From an uncultured Lachnospiraceae bacterium (GTDB lineage: Bacteria > Bacillota > Clostridia > Oscillospirales > CAG-272), in contig CAZYCC010000006.1 in NCBI GenBank assembly GCA_964645985.1, forward strand, positions 1 to 43,500: a stretch of 43,500 bases of DNA, in the 5' to 3' direction. Position 1 is the first letter of the stretch, and every line of letters starts with the position of its first letter. Of the stretch, positions 9,297 through 18,060 are shown piece by piece. Made by a program: the position numbers and the translations under genes. A model generated the notes under the pieces. It saw only the letters and a list, made by a program, of their open reading frames with translations, made no database searches and was not told the origin of the DNA.

Positions 9297-10250
9297 CTAC
9301 TTTTGCGCGGGGCCGATGCGGGTGCGGTGGAAAGCGCTGTAGATACCGAACATCGTAAGGGTCACCACCATCCCGACGGCGATGTTGAGCGGGAGGATGA
9401 GCCCGCCCGAGAAGATTGCGCCGGGCTTTCCCTTGGGGATGTGGCTGTCAAGGCCGTTCGCGCCGCAGAAGAAGGCGTAGGCTTTTGAGAGGCAGTAAAA
9501 CCCAAGCGCGCCGCCGGCGACCCCCTCGAAGAAGCGGCGCGTGAAGAAGCGGTCGGCGACCTCGAAGCCGTAGGAGGCGGAGAGCAAAATCAGCCCCGCG
9601 CCCATAATCGCGCCTCCCGCGAAGCCCCCGCCCGGCGAGAGATGACCGTTGCACATCACGGCGAAGCCGAAGACCATTACAAGCGGTACAAGCAGCGATG
9701 CCGAACCGCGCAGGATGCGGTCGGAGCGCAGATCAAAGGCGGGCAGCTGCTCCTCGCGCTCGTTTTTGCCGGGGCGAAGGAGAATCAGCACGCAGTTGAG
9801 CGCGGTGAAAAGGACGAAGGACTCGCCCAAGGTGTCGAAGGCGCGGTAGTCGAGGATCATCCCGGCGACCATGTTGGTGGCGCCGGTTTCGGCAAGACCC
9901 TGCTCGAGGTAGCGGTCGCTGACCTCGTCTGCCGGGGGGTAGTCCTCGCCAAACTCGGGCAATCGCGCGACGGTCAGCAGCAGCAGCCCGATGAGCGAGG
10001 CGCAGCAGATCACAGCCGAGAGCGGGTAGAGCCACTTGTACGCGCGCGTGCGCGCGTAATCGGCGGGCGGCGCCTCGCGCGAGGCGAGCGTTTCCTCGCG
10101 CGCCCGCTCCTCACCGACTGTCTCCTCGCGCGGGATGTCGCGCTCGGTGCTCTCGGGAGGCAGGGCGAAGAGCGTCTCCTTCTCCCCCTCGAGAAAGGCG
10201 GTGAGGTGCGCGCGGGCGCGGGAGCGGCGGGGGTTATTCTTACCGGACAC
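9297..10250 (-). CDS. mrpB: MnhB-domain (MrpB/MbhE-F-like) membrane subunit with a charged N-terminal extension
   Basis: 317-aa ORF with a GTG start. It has an MnhB-type motif (GATNMVAGMILDYRAFDTLGESFVLF) followed by several TMs. The first ~70 aa are Glu/Arg-rich low complexity. Confidence 0.75.
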   Translation of the reverse strand: MSGKNNPRRSRARAHLTAFLEGEKETLFALPPESTERDIPREETVGEERAREETLASREAPPADYARTRAYKWLYPLSAVICCASLIGLLLLTVARLPEFGEDYPPADEVSDRYLEQGLAETGATNMVAGMILDYRAFDTLGESFVLFTALNCVLILLRPGKNEREEQLPAFDLRSDRILRGSASLLVPLVMVFGFAVMCNGHLSPGGGFAGGAIMGAGLILLSASYGFEVADRFFTRRFFEGVAGGALGFYCLSKAYAFFCGANGLDSHIPKGKPGAIFSGGLILPLNIAVGMVVTLTMFGIYSAFHRTRIGPAQK

Positions 10251-10277
10251 GGGATGAAGTGTATAAAATGGAGAGGA

Positions 10278-10703
10278 TTACCGAGTTTCCGGGGAAGAGC
10301 TGTCGCCTTTCTCACCGGCGGGATTGTCGGTTAAGGAAGGCGCGGGATCTGCCGATGGCGCGGGAGAGGCGGGCGAGCCTGCCGAAGGCGAGGTGTCCGG
10401 TTCGGCGGACGATGTGCGCTTTTCTTTGCCGATGCGGCGCAGGCAGAGAAAGAAGAGAATAGACGACACGCCCGCGCCGACCGCCGCCTCGGTGATCGCA
10501 AGGTCTGGCGCGCGCAGCAGAATCCAGACGACCGACATCACGGCGGAGTAGGACATATACACGACAACCGTCGTCATCAGTTTGCGCGAGAGCACGGCGC
10601 AGAGCGCGCAGACAACGAGCAGCGACAGCAGAATCAGCCGAAAAATATCGACCGAGGAAAAAGTTGCGGACATAGCGAGAAAAAGAAGAAAGACGCGCTG
10701 CAA
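10278..10703 (-). CDS. DUF4040/MbhD-like membrane subunit (N-terminal half of a split MrpB)
   Basis: 141-aa ORF with a TTG start and an alternative ATG at 10673. It has three TMs and the MbhD-like motif LLRAPDLAITEAAVGAGVSSILF. The C-terminal tail is Pro/Ser-rich. Confidence 0.65.
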   Translation of the reverse strand: MQRVFLLFLAMSATFSSVDIFRLILLSLLVVCALCAVLSRKLMTTVVVYMSYSAVMSVVWILLRAPDLAITEAAVGAGVSSILFFLCLRRIGKEKRTSSAEPDTSPSAGSPASPAPSADPAPSLTDNPAGEKGDSSSPETR

Positions 10704-10724
10704 AGAGGGGGGCGCGCGGCGGGG

Positions 10725-11207
10725 CTACCGCACGCCCAAGCTCGCGAGGCGCTTATCGAGGCGGCGCAGGCGGCGCACGAAGGAGCTATTCGCGAGATCC
10801 TCCCCGAAGGCGGGGATAAGGCAGTGTACGAGGAACTCATCTCCGCGCAGCTCGACCGTCACCGTCCCGGGGGTGAGCGTGATGCTGTCGGCGAGGATGA
10901 CGCGCGTGAGATCGCTGCGAAGGCCAGGGCAGAAGCGCACGAGCACGCCCTCGCGAGCATCCTCTCGCGAGAGGAGAACGCGCGCGACGGAGATCGTCGC
11001 CTTCAAAATCTCCCAGAGGAGCAGCGGCAGATAGGAGAGCACGAAGGGCAGCAGGCGATAAAAGAGCAGCTCGCGCCGCAAACTGTGCGAGAGAAACGCG
11101 CAGGAAAAGGCGAGCACCCCCGCGCTCAGCGCGAGGTCGACGAGGACAATCTCAAGCGTCAGCTTTCCGCAGACGATGAGAAAGAAGAGAAAGAGCAGGA
11201 GAAACAA
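10725..11207 (-). CDS. mrpE: MrpE/MnhE subunit
   Basis: 160-aa ORF with a TTG start. It has two N-terminal TMs followed by the MnhE-type motif DSITLTPGTVTVEL. Confidence 0.75.
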   Translation of the reverse strand: MFLLLFLFFLIVCGKLTLEIVLVDLALSAGVLAFSCAFLSHSLRRELLFYRLLPFVLSYLPLLLWEILKATISVARVLLSREDAREGVLVRFCPGLRSDLTRVILADSITLTPGTVTVELRGDEFLVHCLIPAFGEDLANSSFVRRLRRLDKRLASLGVR

Positions 11208-11230
11208 GGGAAATAAAGAGAGAAATTCGC

Positions 11231-11266
11231 GGGGGCGTGGGCGAGCGCGGGGGCGTGGGCGAGCGC
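11231..11266. repeat. Perfect 18-bp tandem duplication
   Basis: GGGGGCGTGGGCGAGCGC occurs twice head-to-tail, 24 nt upstream of the mrpE start. Confidence 0.9.
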
Positions 11267-11497
11267 TCCCCCCGCGCGGGAGCGGTATCGTCGACGAGGC
11301 GGGGAGTCGGGTTTTGCCCGGTAGTTCCCCCGTGCGCGCGCGGAGGAGTGGTTGCGGATCTTGTCAATCCCCGCGAGGGCGGTGACGTTCCCCCGCGCGA
11401 GCGCGCGCGGGAGCGTTTGCGTGTATCTTTTCAGAGGACGAGGATAACCCGAGGGGTGAAAGATCGCGCAGAGAAGGCGGAGCGGCAGTGCGGCGCG

Positions 11498-11884
11498 CTA
11501 CTTCTCTCCCTCTCCCTTCTCGGGGGAGGAGGGAGCGTCCTGCGGCGCGGCGGGGTCACCCTCGTAGGGGAGGGAGATGCCGCCCCTGCCCGAGCGGTGG
11601 CACTCGAGGCGGGCGAGCAGGTGCGAGGTCGCGGGGCCGGCAATCGCCATCACGACCCAGACAAGCAGAATCTTCGCCGAGGCAAAGGAGAACCCGCGCG
11701 CGACTGCCGCCGCGAGCGCGGCGGCGAGCAGCCCCGCCGTGTCGCCCATCGCGGTGGCGTGCATACGCGTGAGCATCGAGCGGAAGCGAAAGAGCCCCGC
11801 TGTCTCGAGGACAAACACGGCGAGCGCGGCGAGCACTAACACGGCGACCAAGCCGAAGCGAATCCACGGGAGCGCTTCAGCCAT
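11498..11884 (-). CDS. mrpG: MrpG/MnhG/PhaG subunit
   Basis: The true start is ATG 11884 (MAEALPWIRFGLVAVLV), which overlaps the mrpF stop by 8 nt (ATGGCTGA). It has three TMs and the MnhG-like motif RMHATAMGDTAG. Confidence 0.75.
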   Translation of the reverse strand: MAEALPWIRFGLVAVLVLAALAVFVLETAGLFRFRSMLTRMHATAMGDTAGLLAAALAAAVARGFSFASAKILLVWVVMAIAGPATSHLLARLECHRSGRGGISLPYEGDPAAPQDAPSSPEKGEGEK

Positions 11885-12203
11885 GGGAGTCCTCGTCTTT
11901 ACTGCGTGAGGCGCCACGCGAGGGGGAGATCTCTTTTTGCGTGTATACCTTCGCGAGAACCGCCGTGCCGACCGTGCCGAGCAGGACATAGACGAGCGCG
12001 ACATCGGCGAGCCAGTCCTCCCCGAGGAAAACGGTCAGCCACAAAATGAGCGCGACGACCATCGTTGTGTTCGCGTTGACGGCGAGTAGGCGGTCGGTGA
12101 TCGCGGGGCCGCGCGCCGAGCGGATAATCGAGAAAAGCAGGCATATCCCCACCACCGAGAAGGCAAAGGAGAAGAGCCATCGGTAAGCGAGCGTGAGTGA
12201 CAT
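11877..12203 (-). CDS. mrpF: MrpF/PhaF subunit
   Basis: The true start is ATG 12203 (MSLTLAYRWLF); the ORF track extends it to 12353. It has an MrpF-like core (GPAITDRLLAVNANTTMVVALI) and three TMs. Confidence 0.75.
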   Translation of the reverse strand: MSLTLAYRWLFSFAFSVVGICLLFSIIRSARGPAITDRLLAVNANTTMVVALILWLTVFLGEDWLADVALVYVLLGTVGTAVLAKVYTQKEISPSRGASRSKDEDSHG

Positions 12204-12287
12204 AGGGAAAGAAAAGCGAAGCGCGAGCGGAGTCGCGGAGCAGCGAGAGCGGGGTCTCGCGACGGAAGGCTCCCGCGAATTTTCCCC

Positions 12288-12316
12288 ATTATACTCCAAT
12301 GCCCCCCTCTTTGCAA
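12288..12316 (-). promoter_or_regulatory. Sigma-70-type promoter of the mrp-like locus
   Basis: The minus strand reads TTGCAA-17 nt-TATAAT, about 78 nt upstream of the mrpF ATG. It is divergent from the uvrA promoter. Confidence 0.7.
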
Positions 12317-12393
12317 GGGGAGGAGAGGGGGGCAAGGAGCGGGGCGCGAGCACAAGGGTGCAAGAGGAGCGGCAGAGGCGGGCGAGGCGCGCC

Positions 12394-12422
12394 TTGACAA
12401 AGGGGGCGGCAGGGGCTATACT
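12394..12422 (+). promoter_or_regulatory. Sigma-70-type promoter of uvrA
   Basis: TTGACA (12394-12399), a 17-nt spacer, then TATACT (12417-12422). Confidence 0.75.
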
Positions 12423-12480
12423 GAGGAGAGATTTTGCGCCGTCAAAAAGGGCGAAGCGTCATCGGCGCGCGGAGGGCATT

Positions 12481-15400
12481 TTGGCAAAGCGAGTACAATC
12501 CCGAGACAAAATAGCGGACGCACAGGGCGCGCCCTCCAACGCGAAAAAGCCCTCCCGCAAGAAGGGCACAGGCGGCAAGGCCAGGGCGAGCGCGAAAGGA
12601 AAGAAGCTCTCTTCCGCGAAGAAACCCGCGCGAAACGGAAATTCGGCAAGCGAAAACGCCGCGAGCGCGTCCGCGTCAACGGCGGCGCAGCCCTCGCGGG
12701 AGGAATCGGCAGGGGAGATCGGCGTGAGCGGCGCGGGGGAGCGGAATACCGCGGAGGAGGCGGCGGCGAGGTTCGGCAACTCCCCGGGCGAGGGAGCGCG
12801 CGGGGAGGAGGCGCCGCCCGCAAAGCCTTCCGGCGCGCCGGTTTTTTCTTCCGCACGGCCGGCGCCGAGCGAGTGGCTGACCGTGCGGGGGGCGCGGGTG
12901 CATAACCTGAAAAACCTCACCGTTTCGATCCCGCGCAATTCTCTGACCGTCTTCACCGGGGTGTCGGGGTCGGGGAAATCCTCGCTCGCTTTCGATACCA
13001 TCTACGCCGAGGGGCACCGCCGCTTCGTCGAGTCGCTGTCCTCCTACGCGCGGATGTTCCTCGGGCAGATGGATAAGCCCGATGTTGACGGCATCGATGG
13101 GCTCTCGCCCGCTATCTCCATCGACCAGAAAACCACCTCGCGCAACCCGCGCTCGACGGTCGGCACGGTCACCGAGATTTACGACTATCTGCGCCTGCTC
13201 TACGCGCGCTGCGGCATCCCGCACTGCCCTGTCTGCGGCAAGGAGATCGCCGGGCGCACGACCGACAGCATTCTCGATGAAATCCTCTCTCTGCCCGAGG
13301 GGACGCGGTTTTTGCTTCTCGCGCCGATGGTGCGCGGCAAGAAGGGGATGCACGAGAAGCTCTTCGAGGGGGCGCGCAAGAGCGGCTACGCGCGCGTGCG
13401 CGTCGACGGGAGCCTGTACGACCTCTCCGAGACCATAACGCTTGACAAAAACCAAAAGCACACGGTAGAAATCGTTGTCGACAGGCTGGTCATCCGAGAT
13501 GACCTGCGCGAGCGGCTGACCGGGTCGGTGGAGAGCGCGCTCAAGCTCTCGGGGGGGAATCTGCTCGTCGCGGTACTCTCACGGGAAACCGGCGAGACGA
13601 AGAGGGAGCTGTCCTTCTCGCAGAACTTCGCCTGCGAGGAGCACGGGGTCTCCTTTCCGGAGCTCTCGCCGCGGATGTTCTCCTTTAATAACCCGCTCGG
13701 CGCGTGCGAGGCGTGCGGAGGCCTCGGGGAGAAGACGGTTCTCTCGCCCGAGCGAGTGCTGCCCGACCGCACTCTCTCGCTGCGGGAGGGCGCGATCGCG
13801 GTCAACGGGTTCAAGTCGCTCGATGAGAACTCCTACAATGGGCCGCTTTTCGCGGCGGCGGGCGCGCGCTATGGGTTCGACTTCGATCTGCCGATAGAGA
13901 AGTATTCCCCGCAGGCGCTGGAGGTGCTGCTCTACGGCGCGCCGGATCTTTTTCATGTGGTGCGCACATACGAGGGCATTGCGCGCGAGGGGCGGGTACG
14001 CTTCGAGGGAGTCATCCCGATGATTGAGCAGCGCTACGAAATGACCCACAGCGAGTACTACGAGCAGTTTATCGACGATCTGCCCTGCCCCAAATGCAAG
14101 GGTAGGCGGCTCAAACCCGAGGTTCTCGCCGTGACGGTAGGCGGCCTGCCGATCGACGCGCTCTGCGACCTGCCGGTTGAAAAGTCGCTCGCCTTCTTTG
14201 AAAATCTCACCCTCTCGCCCGAGAAGAGTACGATCGCGCGCGACATCCTCGCCGAGATAAAATCGCGCCTTGGGTTTCTGTCGAGCGTGGGGTTAGAGTA
14301 CCTCACCCTCTCGCGCAAGGCGGGGACGCTCTCGGGCGGGGAGGCGCAACGCATCCGCCTCGCAACGCAAATCGGCTCGGCGCTAATGGGCGTGCTCTAT
14401 ATCCTCGATGAGCCGTCGATCGGGCTGCATCAGCGGGACAACCGCAAGCTCATCGACACGCTCAAGCGCCTGCGCGACACGGGCAACACGGTGATCGTCG
14501 TCGAGCACGACGAGGAGACGATGCGCTCCGCCGATTTCCTCGTCGACATCGGCCCGGGGCCTGGCATTCACGGGGGAGAGGTCGTCGCGGCGGGCACGCC
14601 TCAGGAGGTGATGGCAACGCCGGGGTCTCTCACCGGCGACTACCTCGCGGGAAGGCGGAAAATCGCCCTTCCCGCGCGGCGCAGAGAGGGGAACGGGCTA
14701 TCGCTGCGCCTGTACGGCGCGCGAAAAAATAATCTGAAGCGCGTCAATTTGACGCTGCCGCTCGGCAAATTTATCTGCGTCACAGGGGTATCGGGGTCGG
14801 GGAAGAGCTCGCTTGTGAACGGGGTGCTCTACCCGGTGCTCGCGCGCGCGCTCAACCGCGCGCTCACCTATCCCGGAGGGTACGACCGCGTTGAAGGTCT
14901 CCAAAACCTCGACAAGGTCATCTGCATCGACCAGAGCCCGATCGGGCGCACCCCGCGCAGCAATCCCGCGACCTACACCGGCGTCTTCTCGGACATCCGC
15001 GCGCTATTCGCCAAAACCCCGGACGCGCGGCGGCTCGGATATATGCCGGGGCGCTTCTCCTTCAACGTAAAGGGAGGGCGGTGCGAGGCCTGCGAGGGCG
15101 ACGGGGTGAAGAAAATCGAGATGCACTTCCTGCCGGATGTGTATGTCACCTGCGATGAGTGCCGCGGGCGGCGCTACAATGCGGCGACGCTCGAAGTACG
15201 CTACAAGGGAAAAAATATCTACGAGGTGCTCGAGATGAGCGCGGAGGAGGCGCTCGCCTTCTTCGCGGGCGTGCCGAAGATCCGTCGCATTCTCGCGACG
15301 CTCGTCGATGTCGGGCTCGGATATATGAAGCTCGGGCAGTCCTCGACGACAATGTCGGGCGGGGAGGCGCAGCGGGTCAAGCTCGCGACAGAGCTTGCGA

Positions 15401-15708
15401 AACGGCCGACCGGGCGCACGCTTTATATCCTCGATGAGCCGACGACGGGCTTGCACGCGGCGGATGTTGAGAAGTTAATCGACATCCTTGACCGCCTCAC
15501 CGACGCGGGGAACACCGTCCTCGTCATCGAGCACAACCTCGACGTCATCAAGGTGGCGGATCACATCATCGATATGGGGCCGGAGGGCGGAGAGCGCGGC
15601 GGAAAGATCATCGCGACCGGCACGCCCGAGGAGGTCGCGAGAAGCAAAGTCTCCTACACCGGCGCCTTTCTGCGGGAAATTCTCGCAAAGGAGCGCGCGG
15701 GAGCGTGA
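12481..15708 (+). CDS. uvrA: Excinuclease ABC subunit UvrA (start uncertain)
   Basis: The canonical UvrA core runs from about 12874 onward: [33 protein letters not shown], two ABC modules and zinc-finger Cys pairs. The in-frame ORF is open from 12193. The best start is TTG 12481, preceded by GGAGGG; the alternative is GTG 12724, preceded by GGGGAG. Both lie downstream of the promoter. Confidence 0.9.
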   Translation: MAKRVQSRDKIADAQGAPSNAKKPSRKKGTGGKARASAKGKKLSSAKKPARNGNSASENAASASASTAAQPSREESAGEIGVSGAGERNTAEEAAARFGNSPGEGARGEEAPPAKPSGAPVFSSARPAPSEWLTVRGARVHNLKNLTVSIPRNSLTVFTGVSGSGKSSLAFDTIYAEGHRRFVESLSSYARMFLGQMDKPDVDGIDGLSPAISIDQKTTSRNPRSTVGTVTEIYDYLRLLYARCGIPHCPVCGKEIAGRTTDSILDEILSLPEGTRFLLLAPMVRGKKGMHEKLFEGARKSGYARVRVDGSLYDLSETITLDKNQKHTVEIVVDRLVIRDDLRERLTGSVESALKLSGGNLLVAVLSRETGETKRELSFSQNFACEEHGVSFPELSPRMFSFNNPLGACEACGGLGEKTVLSPERVLPDRTLSLREGAIAVNGFKSLDENSYNGPLFAAAGARYGFDFDLPIEKYSPQALEVLLYGAPDLFHVVRTYEGIAREGRVRFEGVIPMIEQRYEMTHSEYYEQFIDDLPCPKCKGRRLKPEVLAVTVGGLPIDALCDLPVEKSLAFFENLTLSPEKSTIARDILAEIKSRLGFLSSVGLEYLTLSRKAGTLSGGEAQRIRLATQIGSALMGVLYILDEPSIGLHQRDNRKLIDTLKRLRDTGNTVIVVEHDEETMRSADFLVDIGPGPGIHGGEVVAAGTPQEVMATPGSLTGDYLAGRRKIALPARRREGNGLSLRLYGARKNNLKRVNLTLPLGKFICVTGVSGSGKSSLVNGVLYPVLARALNRALTYPGGYDRVEGLQNLDKVICIDQSPIGRTPRSNPATYTGVFSDIRALFAKTPDARRLGYMPGRFSFNVKGGRCEACEGDGVKKIEMHFLPDVYVTCDECRGRRYNAATLEVRYKGKNIYEVLEMSAEEALAFFAGVPKIRRILATLVDVGLGYMKLGQSSTTMSGGEAQRVKLATELAKRPTGRTLYILDEPTTGLHAADVEKLIDILDRLTDAGNTVLVIEHNLDVIKVADHIIDMGPEGGERGGKIIATGTPEEVARSKVSYTGAFLREILAKERAGA

Positions 15709-15791
15709 GCGCCGCCTCGCTCGTGCGAGCGCCTCGCCCCCCGGCGGCGGGTCTACTCTTCTTTTCTTTATTGACTTTTTGAGGAGCTGGT

Positions 15792-17795
15792 ATGGCGAAA
15801 TCCAAAACAAGGGCGGTCTACGATGACCGATCGATCTCCGCCCTGAAGGGGGCGGACCGCGTGCGCAAGCGCCCCGCCGTCATCTTCGGCTCGGATGGTC
15901 TTGACGGCTGCATTCACTCGGCGTTTGAAATTCTCTCCAACGCGGTAGACGAGGCGCGCGAGGGGTACGGGCGGCGCATTGTCCTCACCGCCTTCCGCGA
16001 CCACAGCCTCGAGGTGGAGGACGACGGGCGCGGCGTTCCGCTCGGATACAACGAGCGCGAGGGGCGCTACAACTGGGACCTCATCTTCTGCGAGCTGTAC
16101 GCCGGCGGCAAATACGACAACAACTCCGGCGAGGGCGCGTATGAGTACGCCTTGGGGCTCAATGGTCTGGGCGCTTGCGCCACGCAATATAGCTCTGAAT
16201 ATATGACCGTGCGCTCTTACAACGGGCAGGCGCTCTCGGAGATTTCTTTTAGGCGGGGCGAGGTCGACGGAGAGCTTGCGGTACGGCCTCTCGCACCGCG
16301 CGAGAAGAAACATGGCACCATTATCCGCTGGAAGCCGGATCTTGCGGTCTTCACCGACATCGCGATACCTCGCGAGGTGCTTGTGGATATGTGCAAGCGG
16401 CAGGCGGTGGTCAACGCGGGGGTAAAGTTTCTCCTGCGCTGGGAGGAGGAGGACGGTTCCTTTACCGAGGAGGAGTTTTCCTACGAGAGGGGCATTCTCG
16501 ACCGCGTGCGCGAGCTTGCCGGCGAGGAGTGCCTCACCGAACCGATTCTCTGGAAAAGCGAAACCTCCGGGCGCGATCGCGAGGACAAACCCGAGTATAA
16601 GCTCAAAATGGAGGCCTGCTTCTGCTGCTCCGCGAAAGTGAACGCGATTGAGTATTACCACAACTCGAGCTATCTCGAGCACGGAGGCTCTCCCGACAAG
16701 GCGGTGAAAAGCGCCTTCGTCTCCGCTATCGACAAATATCTGCGCGCAAACGGCAAATATCGCAAGAACGAGGCGAAAATCACCTTTTCGGACGTGGAAG
16801 ACTGCCTCGTCCTCGTCACCTCCTGCTTCAGCACGCTCGTCTCCTACGAAAATCAGACAAAAAAGGCGATCACCAACCGCTTCGTCGCCGAGGCGATGAC
16901 CGACTGGCTCAAAAAAAGCCTTGAAATTTTCTTCCTCGAAAACCCCGCCGACGGGGAGAAGCTCGCCGAGCGGGTGCTGATCAACCGCCGCTCGCGCGAG
17001 AGCGCGGAAAACACCCGCCTCGATGTGCGCAAGAAACTCGCGGCGGCGGGGGGAGACCTCGCCTCGCGCGTTGAGAAGTTCACCGGCTGCCGCAGCCGCG
17101 ACCCCGAGCGGCGCGAGCTGTACATCGTGGAGGGAGACTCGGCGAAATCATCGTGTCTGCTGAGCCGCAACGCCGAATTTCAGGCGGTCATGCCGGTGCG
17201 CGGAAAGACGCTCAACTGTCTCAAAGCGAGCTACGACCGCATCTTTGCAAGCGAGGTCATCGTCAATCTGCTGAAGGTCATCGGGTGCGGGGCGGAAATC
17301 TCCTCGCGCAAGACGAAAGGCGAGGTCGCGCCCTTCCGCTACGAGGATCTGCGCTGGAACAAAATTATTCTCTGCACCGACGCCGACGAGGACGGATTCC
17401 AAATTCGCACGCTGCTGCTGACGCTCTTTTACCGGCTGCTGCCTACCCTCATCGAGAAAGGGAAGATTTACATCGCCGAAACGCCGCTCTTTGAAATCAT
17501 CTGCGGCGGGGAGAGCTACTTCGCCTACGACGAGCCGGAAAAAGAGGCGATTCTGCGGCAACTTGACGGAAAGAAGGTCAGCATCCAGCGCTCAAAGGGT
17601 CTCGGTGAGAACGAGCCGGAAATGATGGCGCGCACGACGATGAACCCGGCGACCCGCCGCCTCATCCGCGTCACGCCGACCGACGCCGGGCAGACCTCGC
17701 GCCTCTTCGACACGCTCCTCGGCGATAACCTCCCCGCGCGCAAGGAGTTCATCTTCCGCGAGGGCGGCCGCTACTTCAGCGAAGCGGACATTTAG
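15792..17795 (+). CDS. Type IIA DNA topoisomerase subunit B (GyrB/ParE family, divergent)
   Basis: GAGGAG RBS 5 nt before the ATG. GHKL ATPase motifs are present (EILSNAVDEA, DDGRGVP, YAGGKYD, GLNGLGA). Toprim motifs are also present (YIVEGDSA, PVRGKTLN, DADEDGFQIRTLLLT, KGLGENEPEMM). Confidence 0.85.
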   Translation: MAKSKTRAVYDDRSISALKGADRVRKRPAVIFGSDGLDGCIHSAFEILSNAVDEAREGYGRRIVLTAFRDHSLEVEDDGRGVPLGYNEREGRYNWDLIFCELYAGGKYDNNSGEGAYEYALGLNGLGACATQYSSEYMTVRSYNGQALSEISFRRGEVDGELAVRPLAPREKKHGTIIRWKPDLAVFTDIAIPREVLVDMCKRQAVVNAGVKFLLRWEEEDGSFTEEEFSYERGILDRVRELAGEECLTEPILWKSETSGRDREDKPEYKLKMEACFCCSAKVNAIEYYHNSSYLEHGGSPDKAVKSAFVSAIDKYLRANGKYRKNEAKITFSDVEDCLVLVTSCFSTLVSYENQTKKAITNRFVAEAMTDWLKKSLEIFFLENPADGEKLAERVLINRRSRESAENTRLDVRKKLAAAGGDLASRVEKFTGCRSRDPERRELYIVEGDSAKSSCLLSRNAEFQAVMPVRGKTLNCLKASYDRIFASEVIVNLLKVIGCGAEISSRKTKGEVAPFRYEDLRWNKIILCTDADEDGFQIRTLLLTLFYRLLPTLIEKGKIYIAETPLFEIICGGESYFAYDEPEKEAILRQLDGKKVSIQRSKGLGENEPEMMARTTMNPATRRLIRVTPTDAGQTSRLFDTLLGDNLPARKEFIFREGGRYFSEADI

Positions 17796-18060
17796 GGGCG
17801 CGGCACCCATGCCCTGCCCCCGCGAAAAAACCGCGCCGGTATCCCGCGCCGACCCTCTCGCGGGGGCTTATCTCCACAAAACGAACCTGCATGTGCCGCG
17901 CTCTTCTCGCGAGTTTCCCGCGCTGCCCCTGCCATCGGCACTATCGGCGCGCTCTTCCCTGCCCTTCCCTCATCGCGGCGGAGGGAATTTCCCGCAACTT
18001 CGCCGCTGCAGCGCGCGGGAATTCCTCCCCGCGTTTGCTTGCTTTCCCCACCCCTTCCCT

